Below, in pieces: positions 37,637 through 47,510 of a DNA stretch of 47,510 bases (the stretch's first letter is position 1; the number at the start of each line of letters is the position of its first letter). Made by a program: the position numbers and the translations under genes. Origin of the DNA: an uncultured Rhodoferax sp. (GTDB taxonomy: Bacteria; Pseudomonadota; Gammaproteobacteria; Burkholderiales; Burkholderiaceae_C). The notes below the pieces were generated by a model. The model saw only the letters and a list, made by a program, of their open reading frames with translations. It searched no databases and was not told the DNA's origin. The DNA lies in contig CALMCD010000231.1 of the NCBI GenBank assembly GCA_937863075.1, forward strand, positions 1-47,510, read 5' to 3'.

Positions 37637-40600
37637 ATGGCATCGAACTCAGCCGATTCTGGCAACAATGAACTAGCGGCTGGTGACCTTGGCCCATTGG
37701 CTTGGGTGTTAGAGGAGCTGCGCAAGTCTTTGGATGGTGCAAGCAAGGCATTGCGGCGCTTTGTCCGTGATGCCGAGGCAGCCAGAGGTTCTAACCTTGC
37801 CGAAGTAGATGCAAGCCATCTGCGTATCGCACGCCAGCAGCTGCATCAGGCGGTTGGCGCGTTGGAAATGGTGGGGCTTGCAGCACCTGCCAAGATGCTC
37901 AGAGTGATGGAGGCGTTGGCACAAAAGTTTGTGCAGCGCCCCGATTTGTGCAGCGAGGTAGCCGCTACCTGTATGGAGCGTGCTAGCTCTGCATTGACCG
38001 AGTATCTGGAAGGGGTTCTCAAGCGCAAGACAGGATCGTCGGTTGCACTCTTTCCCCAATACAAGGCGGTTGCCGAGTTGGTGGGCGGGGAGCAACCCCA
38101 TCCCGCTGATTTGTGGGCTATTGAATGGCGCTGGCGCGGTGTGAAGCCTCCAGCCGGAATGGCGGCACTTGCTTACAGCTCTCCCGGTGTGAAAGAACAA
38201 ATGGAGCAAGCATTGCTTGCTGTCATGCGCTCTGGTGATGTGGAGGCTGCCGTACACATGCGGGTTCAGTGCATGGGTTTAGCTGCGGGGCAAGCGAGTC
38301 TTGAGGTACGTACATTTTGGATGATCTGCGCGGCTTTCTTTGAAAGTGTTGCGCTCGGGTTGATTCCGATAGATGTATATACCAAGCGCGCAGCCTCGAA
38401 AATATTGCGCCAATTTGCGACGCTCATTGCGAATAATACGGGCGTATCGGAGAGTCTTGCGCGTGAGTTGTTATTCTTCTGCTCCCTTTCTGTCCCGACA
38501 CAAAGTAAGCCTGCACCGGTCTTGAGTGCAGTGCGTGCAGCGTATGGCTTGGCGCACAGCAAATTCATCAATTATGAAGTTGAGCAGTTTGGACGCTTTG
38601 ATCCAGCAGCCTTGGTTCTGGCACGTAAACGCATTGCCGCAGCAGCTGAGACGTGGGCCGCTCTGGCGGGTGGAGATGTCAATCGCTTGAAACCAGCGTT
38701 GGAGCAATTTACCGCAGTCGCTGATTCCGTCATCAAATTGCATTCAGAAAACCGTCCATTGGCGCGTGCATTGGTGCATGTGATTGATGTTTCGGTACGA
38801 TCGGGTAAAGCTCCATCGGCTTCGGTGGCGATGGAAATTGCAACGGCAATTTTGTATCTTGAAGCTACTTACGATGATTTAGACCCAGCCGATACCACGA
38901 TATCAGAGCGCAGCGAGCGTTTGGCGCAGCGCCTAGAGCATGTTGTGTCCGGTGGTGAATCGGAGCCGCTCGAAATTTGGATGGAAGAGCTGTACCGCCG
39001 TGTGAGCGACCGCCAAACCATGGGCAGTGTGGTGGATGAGTTGCGGACGGCACTGTCTGAAGTAGAAAAATCATTGGATGAGTTCTTTAGAAGTGCCAAT
39101 GACAAATCGCTTTTAAGAGAAGTACCAAGCCAACTGGCGCAAATGCGTGGTGTATTCTCAGTTTTGGGATTGGATCAACCCGCATTGGCTGCGCTGCGTA
39201 TGCGTGCCAGTGTGGAGCAGTTGATGCTGGGTGAATCCAGTACACAAGCACCACGCCCCGGACTGTTTGAGAAATTGGGAAATAGCCTAGGGGCTATGGG
39301 ATTCCTGATCGACATGCTGAGTTATCAGAGAACCTTGGCGAAAAAACTGTTTGTTTATGACGAGGAACTTGGTGAATTCAAACCCCTGATGGGGCGGCAA
39401 CGGGTGGAAGTTGCACCCGAAGAAGAAGTGCAAGTTATTGAAGAAATATCCCAGCCCTCTGTGGTTGAAACTCCCGAATTGGCGATACCAGAGCCAGAAC
39501 CAGAGCCCGAAATGGAAGAAGATGAAGATACCGCCGAGCTGATTGATATTTTTCTCGAAGAAGCGCGTGAGGTGGTGGAAAATGGCTTGGCCGCAGTCAA
39601 GGTACTGGAGCGTGATCCATCCAACATCGCAGAACAAACCACGCTACGCCGTGCTTACCATACCCTGAAGGGCAGTTCCCGCATGGTGGGACTGACAGAG
39701 TTCGGTGAGGCCGGTTGGTCGTTTGAGCAATTGTTCAATAGCTGGTTGGCAGAGCATCGCCCTGCTACCAAAGAGTTATCAGAGTTGGCAAAAACATCCA
39801 TGGTGGCCTTTGGTCAATGGGTTGAAGATATTGCCGCTAAAAAACGTACACCGTGGAGTGCGCAGGCTTTCCGAGATTCTGCGGATGCTATGCGCCTGAG
39901 CGGTCAGTTTGTACCTTTGCGTACACCGGGTGCTGAACCTGTTGTGAATGTGGTACCTCCCCCTCCCCCTCCAGTGGCTCGGATTGAGGTTGCTCCTGTG
40001 GTGGAGCCGGTTGTACCCGTGATCGTGCCAGTAGTGGAGTCTGTAGAATTGCATGAGTTTGATTTTGTTGATTTCAAATTGACAGACTCGCCTCCACAAG
40101 AGATTCCACCTCTTACAGAGGTAGCGATCGCTCCCCAGCCTGCACCTGAGCCAGAACCTACGCCAGAACCAGAGCCTGCGATCGTAGATATTGCGGTTGA
40201 TGCGGTTGATGCGGTTGATGTCACGGATGGATTAGAAGAAGATGAAGATCTTCAGGTGAAGCGCATCGGTGATTTGGAATTGAGTACGCCCCTCTACCAT
40301 GTGTATTTGGAAGAGGCAGAAGGTCGTTCCCGTAATCTGCAAAAAGAATTGCAGCAATGGGTCGTGAAATTGCCGCAGCAAATTTCCGATACACCCGTTA
40401 TTTTGGCGCATTCGTTGGCGGGTAGTTCGGCAACGGTGGGGTTCATGTCGCTTGCTGATGTGGCACGCCATTTGGAACATGCTTTGCTGCACATGCAGTT
40501 GCAAAAACAATGCCGTTTGGATCATGCGCAGGTTTTTGCGCGTGCCGCAGATGAGATTTGTCGCTTGTTGGATCGGTTCGCTGCGGGCTTTTTGGATACT

Positions 40601-43453
40601 GCCGAAACGACGGTTTTGCAGGACTTGGAATACATCATTCACACCGAATGTGCAACCACACCGCTTCCTGAGTCAGATCATGTGGATGATGATGCTGATA
40701 TGCCGATAGAGCATATTGATACGGATGCCCATTTTGATGTGTTCGATGAAATCAGTGACGTAACGACCGACGAAACTATCGGGCATGTTGAAGAGGTATC
40801 CATTTCGTTAGATGCTTTGAATGCGTTAGAAGAATTTGAAGCACTGAATGACAACACCACGAAACCCACAATAGAAGCCGCGACACCCGTTGCTACTATG
40901 CCCGATTGGAATCTGGATTCCGCGATTGCACCGGAGTTTGAACCAGAATCCGAATTTGCGGTATCACCGCTGTCGGTTTCTATTGCGATGGCTACGGCGG
41001 CGGCTACAGCGGCAGCACCTTTGATGCCCATGACGGCAGCTCCGCTCCGAGTTGTTTGCGCACCGCAGGAACACGAAATTGATGCCGTCGATCAACTGGA
41101 CGATGATTTACTGGCCATTTTTGAAGAAGAAGCGGGTGAATTACTCCCCACTTTGGGTGCGGCCTTGCGCAAGTGGGTTGATGACCCCAGCGATAACCAT
41201 TCGCGTACCGAGGTGCTGCACGTCTTGCATACGCTGAAAGGTAGTGCGCGTTTGACGGGCGCGATGCGTCTGGGTGAAATGGCGCACCGCATGGAGTCCA
41301 GCATTGCAGATATGGGTCTGGGCATGTTGCAGTCGATTCAAATTGAGCCGCTGCTTGCACGTTTTGACCAAATTCAGGATACCTTTACGTGCTTGTTTGC
41401 ACCACCAGCACCCGATGAGATGGGTGACGAGGAGCCATTCCAAGAATCAACGGTGGCCGATGTACCAACGGACGTATTCGCTTCGGTGACAGACGCTGTG
41501 TCGTCGCAACAGCCAGTCGTTTCGACTGCCGTCACCGTTGCGCCTGCACGCAATACAGCGCGGGTGCAGGCGGCTAATTTGATTCGCCAATCGGGCAGTC
41601 AAACGGTGCGTGTACGCTCTGGCTTGTTGGATCGTTTGGTCAATCAAGCGGGTGAGGTCATGATTGCGCGGGCGCGTTTGGAAGTCCATGTCGGTCAATT
41701 ACGCTCGTCTTTGCGTGATTTGAATACCAACTTGGAGCGTTTACGCTACCAATTGCGTGACATCGAATTGCAATCCGAATCGCAAATGCAGTCGCGTATC
41801 GCCCAAACCAAGGATACCAGCCAAAGCTTTGACCCCTTGGAATTTGACCGTTTCACCCGCGTGCAAGAATTGACACGAATGATGGCAGAGTCCGTGCATG
41901 ACGTGGCAACCGTGCAACGTAGCCTGCAAAAAACCATTGAAGGCGCGGAAGATGATCTGATTGCCCAAGGTCGTCAGGCGCGTGAGTTGCAACGTGATTT
42001 GTTGCGCACCCGCATGGTTGAATTTGAAAGCATCGCCGAACGTTTGTACGGCGTGGTGCGTCAATCGTCCAAAGAGACTGGAAAACAGGTCAAACTCGAT
42101 ATTTCCGGTGGAACGATCGAGATGGATCGCGGTATGCTGGAGCGCATGGCGACGGTGTTTGAACACATCCTACGTAATTCGGTCAGCCACGGTATTGAGA
42201 GTTTGGAACAGCGTGTGAGCCGAGGTAAGCACGCGATTGGTACGGTCAGCATCCACGTTAGCCAAGAGCGTAACGACATTTGGATCATGTTCCATGACGA
42301 TGGCGGCGGCTTGCACTTGGAAAAAATCCGCGCCAAAGCCATTGCCAATGGGGTGATTCGTGCCGATGAAGTGTTAAGCGAAGGTGAAGCCGCTAATCTC
42401 ATCTTCCGTCCGGGTTTTTCGACCGCTGAGCAAGTCACGGAACTGTCGGGTCGTGGTGTGGGAATGGACATTGTGCGTACCGAGGTCAATGCCTTGGGTG
42501 GTCGCATCGAAACCACTACCGAACTCGGTAAAGGCACTACCTTCAAAATCGTATTGCCATTGACCACTGCGGTGACGCAGGTGGTAATGTTGCGCATGGG
42601 TGATATGTCTATCGGTGTTCCAGCCGGATTGATTGACCGTATTTTGCGTGTACCCGAACAATCACTGCTGCAAGCTTACGAGCAAGGTGGTTTTGTGGAA
42701 GGGGAAGAAACATTACCCTTCTTCTGGGCGGGTGCGTTGCTGCAAGTGTCGCATCAAAGTGCTGAGACTGTCGGTAAAACCCGATCGGTATTGGTGTTCC
42801 GCAGTGCGGGTCAGCGTATCGCCTTGCATGTGGATGAGGTTCTGGGTAACCAAGAGGTCGTGGTGAAGAATATGGGGCCACAGTTGTCCCAGCTTCCCGG
42901 CTTGGCGGGCATTTCGGTTCTGCCATCCGGTGCGGTTTCGTTGATTTACAACCCCGTGGCCTTGGCAGCGGTGTACGGCAATCTGGCGAAAGAAACCAGC
43001 CGTTTGGCTGTCAAGCAAAAAGGCCTTGCCAGCGCACCGGTCAAAACGGCTACCAAATCGGGCAGCGACAATCCAATCCCACTTATTTTGGTGGTGGACG
43101 ATTCGATTACGGTGCGCCGTGTTACCCAGCGTTTGCTCAAGCGCGAAGGTTATCGGGTCGCATTGGCAACCGATGGTTTCAATGCGCTGGAAAAATTGCA
43201 GGAAGAAAAACCGACCTTGGTACTCTCCGACATCGAGATGCCACGCATGGACGGTTTCGATTTGGCGCGTAACATCCGTTCCGATCCGAATCTGCGTGAT
43301 TTGCCGATCATCATGATTACCTCGCGTATTGCGACCAAGCACAAGGAACATGCGCAAGATTTGGGCGTGGATCACTACCTCGGCAAGCCGTACTCGGAAG
43401 ATGAGTTGTTGCGTCTGATTCGCAGCTACTGCACCGAAAAGGCGGCATCCTGA
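37637..43453 (+). CDS. chpA: CheA-like hybrid kinase ChpA/PilL (multiple Hpt, HATPase, CheW, REC)
   Basis: Hpt motifs 'HTLKGSSRMVG', 'HSLAGSSATVG', 'HTLKGSARLTG'. 'HILRNSVSHGIE', 'DDGGG', 'GFSTA...SGRGVGMD', CheW domain, C-terminal REC 'VVDDSITVR'. Pro/Glu-rich linkers. Confidence 0.93.
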   Translation: MASNSADSGNNELAAGDLGPLAWVLEELRKSLDGASKALRRFVRDAEAARGSNLAEVDASHLRIARQQLHQAVGALEMVGLAAPAKMLRVMEALAQKFVQRPDLCSEVAATCMERASSALTEYLEGVLKRKTGSSVALFPQYKAVAELVGGEQPHPADLWAIEWRWRGVKPPAGMAALAYSSPGVKEQMEQALLAVMRSGDVEAAVHMRVQCMGLAAGQASLEVRTFWMICAAFFESVALGLIPIDVYTKRAASKILRQFATLIANNTGVSESLARELLFFCSLSVPTQSKPAPVLSAVRAAYGLAHSKFINYEVEQFGRFDPAALVLARKRIAAAAETWAALAGGDVNRLKPALEQFTAVADSVIKLHSENRPLARALVHVIDVSVRSGKAPSASVAMEIATAILYLEATYDDLDPADTTISERSERLAQRLEHVVSGGESEPLEIWMEELYRRVSDRQTMGSVVDELRTALSEVEKSLDEFFRSANDKSLLREVPSQLAQMRGVFSVLGLDQPALAALRMRASVEQLMLGESSTQAPRPGLFEKLGNSLGAMGFLIDMLSYQRTLAKKLFVYDEELGEFKPLMGRQRVEVAPEEEVQVIEEISQPSVVETPELAIPEPEPEPEMEEDEDTAELIDIFLEEAREVVENGLAAVKVLERDPSNIAEQTTLRRAYHTLKGSSRMVGLTEFGEAGWSFEQLFNSWLAEHRPATKELSELAKTSMVAFGQWVEDIAAKKRTPWSAQAFRDSADAMRLSGQFVPLRTPGAEPVVNVVPPPPPPVARIEVAPVVEPVVPVIVPVVESVELHEFDFVDFKLTDSPPQEIPPLTEVAIAPQPAPEPEPTPEPEPAIVDIAVDAVDAVDVTDGLEEDEDLQVKRIGDLELSTPLYHVYLEEAEGRSRNLQKELQQWVVKLPQQISDTPVILAHSLAGSSATVGFMSLADVARHLEHALLHMQLQKQCRLDHAQVFARAADEICRLLDRFAAGFLDTAETTVLQDLEYIIHTECATTPLPESDHVDDDADMPIEHIDTDAHFDVFDEISDVTTDETIGHVEEVSISLDALNALEEFEALNDNTTKPTIEAATPVATMPDWNLDSAIAPEFEPESEFAVSPLSVSIAMATAAATAAAPLMPMTAAPLRVVCAPQEHEIDAVDQLDDDLLAIFEEEAGELLPTLGAALRKWVDDPSDNHSRTEVLHVLHTLKGSARLTGAMRLGEMAHRMESSIADMGLGMLQSIQIEPLLARFDQIQDTFTCLFAPPAPDEMGDEEPFQESTVADVPTDVFASVTDAVSSQQPVVSTAVTVAPARNTARVQAANLIRQSGSQTVRVRSGLLDRLVNQAGEVMIARARLEVHVGQLRSSLRDLNTNLERLRYQLRDIELQSESQMQSRIAQTKDTSQSFDPLEFDRFTRVQELTRMMAESVHDVATVQRSLQKTIEGAEDDLIAQGRQARELQRDLLRTRMVEFESIAERLYGVVRQSSKETGKQVKLDISGGTIEMDRGMLERMATVFEHILRNSVSHGIESLEQRVSRGKHAIGTVSIHVSQERNDIWIMFHDDGGGLHLEKIRAKAIANGVIRADEVLSEGEAANLIFRPGFSTAEQVTELSGRGVGMDIVRTEVNALGGRIETTTELGKGTTFKIVLPLTTAVTQVVMLRMGDMSIGVPAGLIDRILRVPEQSLLQAYEQGGFVEGEETLPFFWAGALLQVSHQSAETVGKTRSVLVFRSAGQRIALHVDEVLGNQEVVVKNMGPQLSQLPGLAGISVLPSGAVSLIYNPVALAAVYGNLAKETSRLAVKQKGLASAPVKTATKSGSDNPIPLILVVDDSITVRRVTQRLLKREGYRVALATDGFNALEKLQEEKPTLVLSDIEMPRMDGFDLARNIRSDPNLRDLPIIMITSRIATKHKEHAQDLGVDHYLGKPYSEDELLRLIRSYCTEKAAS

Positions 43454-43455
43454 CG

Positions 43456-43872
43456 ATGAACCCCGACCAGTGCAGTACATTTTTGGCGATTGATTTTGGA
43501 ATCAAACGCCTCGGTATTGCAGTGGGAAACCGCCTGTTCGGTACTGCACAGGCGGTGGGTTCGGTCAAGGCTGAGGGTAAGGCGCGTTTTGATGCGATTG
43601 CCCCCTACATCAAAGAATGGCAACCCGATGGTTTGGTGATTGGTGTACCCTATCACCCCGATGGGGCTGCCCATGAAAATACCTTGCTGGCACAAAAATT
43701 CGGTCGTCAAATGCGGGGACGCTTTGGCCTGCCCGTGTTTGAGGTAGATGAACGCTACAGTACGACCGAAGCCCTCTCCTACGGCGCAAAAGACGCGGAT
43801 GCTGCATCTGCGTGCATTATTTTGGAACAATTTCTGTATTCTCTATGCTCTACAAGCGCAACCCCCAACTGA
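43456..43872 (+). CDS. yqgF: Pre-16S rRNA nuclease YqgF/RuvX
   Basis: '[15 protein letters not shown]', 'VIGVP', 'VDERYST', '[11 protein letters not shown]'. Confidence 0.93.
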   Translation: MNPDQCSTFLAIDFGIKRLGIAVGNRLFGTAQAVGSVKAEGKARFDAIAPYIKEWQPDGLVIGVPYHPDGAAHENTLLAQKFGRQMRGRFGLPVFEVDERYSTTEALSYGAKDADAASACIILEQFLYSLCSTSATPN

Positions 43873-44825
43873 ATCGACATGGGGAACTGGTGCATTTGCT
43901 CTCCACTGAAGGATTGCCAAAAGACATCATCACCCACATCCTTGATACCGCTGCGAATTTCATCTCGGTCAATGACCGCGAGGTGAAAAAAGTTCCCTTG
44001 TTGCACGGCAAAAGCGTGTTCAATCTCTTTTTTGAGAATTCAACCCGCACCCGCACGACCTTTGAAATCGCGGCTACTCGCCTTTCTGCGGACGTTATCA
44101 ATTTGGATATTTCGCGTTCGAGTGCCTCTAAAGGTGAATCGTTGTTGGATACGATTGCCAATTTGAGCGCAATGGCCGCCGATATGTTCGTGGTGCGCCA
44201 CAGCGAATCGGGCGCACCGTATTTGATCGCCCAACACGTTGCGCCCCATGTCCACGTTATCAATGCGGGCGACGGTCGCCACGCCCACCCCACACAGGGG
44301 TTGCTGGATATGTTCACGATTCGGCATTACAAAAAAGATTTTGCCAATCTCACGGTGGCGATTGTGGGCGATGTGCTGCATTCACGCGTGGCACGTTCCG
44401 ATATTCACGCGCTGACCACGCTGGGCTGTGCCGAAGTGCGGGTGGTGGGGCCGAAAACACTGATTCCATCCGACTTATCCCACATGGGTGTGCGCGTTTG
44501 CCATACCTTGGAAGAAGGGATTAAAGATTGTGATGTCATCATCATGCTGCGCCTGCAAAATGAACGCATGAGCGGTGCATTGTTGCCATCGGTGCAAGAA
44601 TTTTTCAAGAGCTACGGTTTGACACCGGAAAAACTGCAACTTGCTAAACCCGATGCCATTGTGATGCACCCGGGGCCTATCAATCGCGGGGTCGAGATTG
44701 ATTCGGCGGTGGTGGATGGCGTACAAAGTGTGATTCTGCCGCAGGTGACGTTTGGTATCGCCGTGCGCATGGCGGTGATGAGCATTGTGGCGGGCAATAA
44801 CGCCGATAACCGGAGGGTAGCTTAA
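43845..44825 (+). CDS. pyrB: Aspartate carbamoyltransferase catalytic subunit
   Basis: 'FFENSTRTR', 'KGESL.DT', 'NAGDG.HAHPTQ', 'RLQNER', 'HPGP.NRGVE'. ATG 43845. Confidence 0.97.
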   Translation: MLYKRNPQLNRHGELVHLLSTEGLPKDIITHILDTAANFISVNDREVKKVPLLHGKSVFNLFFENSTRTRTTFEIAATRLSADVINLDISRSSASKGESLLDTIANLSAMAADMFVVRHSESGAPYLIAQHVAPHVHVINAGDGRHAHPTQGLLDMFTIRHYKKDFANLTVAIVGDVLHSRVARSDIHALTTLGCAEVRVVGPKTLIPSDLSHMGVRVCHTLEEGIKDCDVIIMLRLQNERMSGALLPSVQEFFKSYGLTPEKLQLAKPDAIVMHPGPINRGVEIDSAVVDGVQSVILPQVTFGIAVRMAVMSIVAGNNADNRRVA

Positions 44826-46126
44826 TGAAAACAGCAATGAAGACCCTCATTCAGGGTGGGCGTGTCATTGATCCGGCTACAGGTTTTGATGCGATTACCG
44901 ATGTAGCCCTTGCCGATGGTGTGGTGGTAGCTATCGGAAACAGAACCGATTTCACACCCGACCAAACGATAGATGCCACTGGCTGCATCGTGATGCCCGG
45001 TTTGATTGATTTGGCGGTGCGTTTGCGCGAACCCGGACATGAACACGCGGGTATGTTGGCATCCGAACTCGCCGCAGCGGTAGCCGGTGGTGTGACGCGC
45101 GTGGTGTGTCCACCGGATACCGATCCGGTGCTGGATGAGGCCGGTTTGGTGGAAATGTTGCGCTACCGTGCCGACCGCCTCCAGCTCGCGGGGGTGTATC
45201 CACTCGGTGCGCTGACCCGTAATCTGGAAGGCGAAGTGCTGACGGAGATGTTGCACCTCACGCAGGCGGGCTGCATCGGTTTTGGTCAGGCGGAAGTCGC
45301 GTTAGCCGATACGCAAGTCATGCAACGTGCTTTGCAATACGCCAGCACTTTTAATTACACGGTGTGGTTGCGTCCGCAGGAAAAATACCTCGGTAAAGGT
45401 GTGGCAGCGAGTGGCCCTTTGGCGATGCGCATGGGCTTGAGCGGTGTTCCCGTTGCCGCTGAAACCATCGCCCTGCATACGATTTTTGAACTGGTGCGTT
45501 CGACCCGTGCGCGGGTGCATCTGTGCCGCTTGAGTAGTGCAGCGGGTGTGGCGCTGGTGCGTCAGGCGAAGCAAGAAGGTTTGCCGATTAGCTGTGATGT
45601 CAGCATCAATTCCCTGCATTTAACCGATGTGGATATGGGGTATTTCGATAGCCGTATGCGCCTGAATCCCCCACTGCGCCAGCAGCACGACCGCGATGCC
45701 TTGCGTGCAGCGTTGGCAGACGGCACGATTGACGCGCTGGTTTCTGACCACACGCCCGTTGATGACGATGCCAAAGCACTCCCCTTCGCGCAAAGCGAAC
45801 CCGGGGCAACGGGGCTGGAATTGTTGCTAAGCCTCACCTACAAATGGGCGTTGGATCACAACATCCCCTTGGCACAGGCATTGGGAACGATTACCCACCG
45901 CGCAGCGGATGTAGTCGGTTCGGCATGGGGTGATGCGGCGGCAATGGTGGGGCGCTTGCAAGTCGGCGCTCCGGCGGATGTGTGCGTATTTGATCCGGCT
46001 GCCCATTGGGTGGTGGAATCGTCCGCGCTGCGCAGCCAAGGGCCGCATACGCCCTTCAGTGGCTACGAATTACCAGTGCGGGTACGGGCTACCGTCGTGG
46101 GTGGTCATGTGGCGTACCGCGCATGA
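44825..46126 (+). CDS. pyrC: Dihydroorotase-like protein, probably the inactive PyrC' partner of ATCase
   Basis: Amidohydrolase fold ('PGLIDL', 'LREPG', 'NPPLR', 'SDHTP'). The Zn-binding HxH reads 'DLAVRLREPG'. Confidence 0.85.
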   Translation: MKTAMKTLIQGGRVIDPATGFDAITDVALADGVVVAIGNRTDFTPDQTIDATGCIVMPGLIDLAVRLREPGHEHAGMLASELAAAVAGGVTRVVCPPDTDPVLDEAGLVEMLRYRADRLQLAGVYPLGALTRNLEGEVLTEMLHLTQAGCIGFGQAEVALADTQVMQRALQYASTFNYTVWLRPQEKYLGKGVAASGPLAMRMGLSGVPVAAETIALHTIFELVRSTRARVHLCRLSSAAGVALVRQAKQEGLPISCDVSINSLHLTDVDMGYFDSRMRLNPPLRQQHDRDALRAALADGTIDALVSDHTPVDDDAKALPFAQSEPGATGLELLLSLTYKWALDHNIPLAQALGTITHRAADVVGSAWGDAAAMVGRLQVGAPADVCVFDPAAHWVVESSALRSQGPHTPFSGYELPVRVRATVVGGHVAYRA

Positions 46127-46854
46127 TGTTCGTTGCTCTATGGCGCTTGGTGCGGGTCGGTTTGCAACTGATTGCCGGATTGTGGTTGTGCGGATGGCAG
46201 TTTCCGCGCTTGTCTGAATCGGAAAGGCAGCACCGCATCCAGCTCTGGGCGCTGGGGGTGTTGCGGGCGTTGGGAATGGAGCTGCAAGTCAAAGGTCAGC
46301 CTGCGCTATCGGGGCCGCTGCTGCTGGTGGCGAACCATATTTCGTGGGCAGATATTGCGATATTGCACGCAGCACGCCATTGCCGTTTTATCTCCAAAGA
46401 CGCAATCAGCCGCTGGCCGGTGATTGGTAAGCTCGCTCGGGCATCGGGTACGCTGTTCATCACCCGCGAATCACGGCGCGATGCCCTGCGCGTGGTGCAT
46501 CAAATGGTGGATTGTTTGCGGGCGGGCGAAGTGCTGGCGGTGTTTCCAGAAGGGACAACGGGCGATGGTCATGCGCTCTTGCCCTTTCACGCCAATTTGC
46601 TACAAGCCGCCATTACCGCCAATGTGCCGATTCAACCGATTGCCCTGCATTTTGTGGACGGTAAAACGGGTGAAACCAGTTTTTCGCCCTGCTACAAGGG
46701 GCGCGATACCTTGATGCAATCCCTGTGGCGCACCTTGTGTACCCCGAATTTGAAAGCGATTATTGAATTCGGCACACCCGAATACGCCCAAGGTCGTGAT
46801 CGCCGTGCGTGGGCAACCGATTTGCAGCAAAAAATCGAAACAATGCGGGGTTGA
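46123..46854 (+). CDS. 1-acyl-sn-glycerol-3-phosphate acyltransferase family protein (PlsC-like)
   Basis: 'ANHISWAD' (NHxxxxD), 'FISK', 'GTLFITR', 'FPEGTT'. ATGA overlap with pyrC. Confidence 0.9.
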   Translation: MMFVALWRLVRVGLQLIAGLWLCGWQFPRLSESERQHRIQLWALGVLRALGMELQVKGQPALSGPLLLVANHISWADIAILHAARHCRFISKDAISRWPVIGKLARASGTLFITRESRRDALRVVHQMVDCLRAGEVLAVFPEGTTGDGHALLPFHANLLQAAITANVPIQPIALHFVDGKTGETSFSPCYKGRDTLMQSLWRTLCTPNLKAIIEFGTPEYAQGRDRRAWATDLQQKIETMRG

Positions 46855-46883
46855 TTCGTTGGGGCGATGCCTTGGTTCACCGT

Positions 46884-47510
46884 TCACCACGTAGCGGGTT
46901 CAAAGGCTTCCGAATTGTGGATTTCCATGCTATCGCCCGACTGCGCCAAAACGTATAAGCCCTTGCTATGGGCATAATCCCGCACTTCATCCGCAATTAC
47001 CATACCCGCCACCGCGCCCAGCACGGTATGGTTTTTGAGCTGCGGAAAATAATGTTTGAAAACAGCAAGGCGCTCAAGGTGTTCATCCACGCCGTCTTGG
47101 GTCAATTTGGATTTGCATTCCACCGCAATCAAGGTTTCGGTATTGACCACGAGTAAATCAATTTCAATCCCGAGTTTTCCATCATCCCGAACCCCTTTCA
47201 TATTGGATGCCACCTGGTGAACGGGCAACCCGCGCTCTTGAAACAACCGCACCACCGCCGGACGCACCATTTCTTGCACAAACTCCCCCAGCCGATTCGC
47301 CTGCCCACCCAATTGGCGCGACAATTCTTTCATCCGCTTATCAAAATCAATCCGGCTTTTCTCGGCAGCGGCGGCGCGTTCCGCTTCTAGCGCTTTGCTT
47401 TCTTTCAATCGTCTGTCGAAGTCCATTGAGCTGTGTTGCAAGAAACGCCACATTTCTTCGAGGGTAAGAAGCGGCGCATTGAAATGAGGGGTTGATTCAA
47501 TCGTGTTCAT
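46884..47510 (-). CDS. Coiled-coil + PD-(D/E)XK nuclease-like protein (DUF3782-like)
   Basis: Heptad N-terminus, 'NRLGEFVQ', 'EIDLLVVN...IAVECKSKL', 'GAVAG', 'GLYVL.QSG'. The start sits at the window edge and may extend beyond it. Confidence 0.75.
   Translation of the reverse strand: MNTIESTPHFNAPLLTLEEMWRFLQHSSMDFDRRLKESKALEAERAAAAEKSRIDFDKRMKELSRQLGGQANRLGEFVQEMVRPAVVRLFQERGLPVHQVASNMKGVRDDGKLGIEIDLLVVNTETLIAVECKSKLTQDGVDEHLERLAVFKHYFPQLKNHTVLGAVAGMVIADEVRDYAHSKGLYVLAQSGDSMEIHNSEAFEPATW

Noticed and set aside
40192-40218. (TGCGGTTGA)x3 repeat and nearby PEPEPE-coding repeats in chpA
   Set aside because: In-frame low-complexity linker sequence, ordinary for ChpA proteins. It is neither a CRISPR nor a phase-variation tract.
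42713-43480. 255-aa minus-strand ORF
   Set aside because: Antisense to the CheW/REC end of chpA.
1-47510. CRISPR arrays, tRNA/rRNA genes, IS elements, prophage genes
   Set aside because: All intergenic gaps are about 210 bp or shorter and show no spaced direct repeats or cloverleaf. No transposase, integrase or phage motifs appear in the ORF track.

Overview
Chromosomal window from a betaproteobacterium, Burkholderiales/Comamonadaceae-like by gene order and protein character (inference). It is densely coding, with about 43 CDS and no rRNA, tRNA, CRISPR array or transposase visible. Housekeeping blocks are gshB, yajC-secD-secF, dprA, def-fmt, ackA with a MaoC-Pta fusion, sucCD, argC, hemL, the Pil-Chp chemosensory operon (pilG-pilH-pilI-pilJ-chpA) and yqgF-pyrB-pyrC'-acyltransferase. 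Accessory units lie between them: (1) a membrane AraC + SDR + DUF2269-like + DUF4166-like cassette; (2) a ParD-like/RelE-ParE toxin-antitoxin pair; (3) a co-directional cluster of PP2C phosphatase, double-FHA protein, class II cNMP phosphodiesterase, GAF-domain PilB/GspE ATPase and an inverse-autotransporter-like outer-membrane protein carrying an internal OmpA domain, which is the best candidate for an undescribed system; and (4) a tandem-repeat, Ca-binding-like small protein + DUF6502-like HTH protein + DUF5666-like lipoprotein, preceded by two TGTGA-N5-TCACA palindromes and a leader hairpin. Several usually conserved neighbours or domains appear absent (pyrR, yqgE, tgt, the LysM of the TsaP homolog). 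Family and DUF assignments come from motif recognition by eye, not from database searches.
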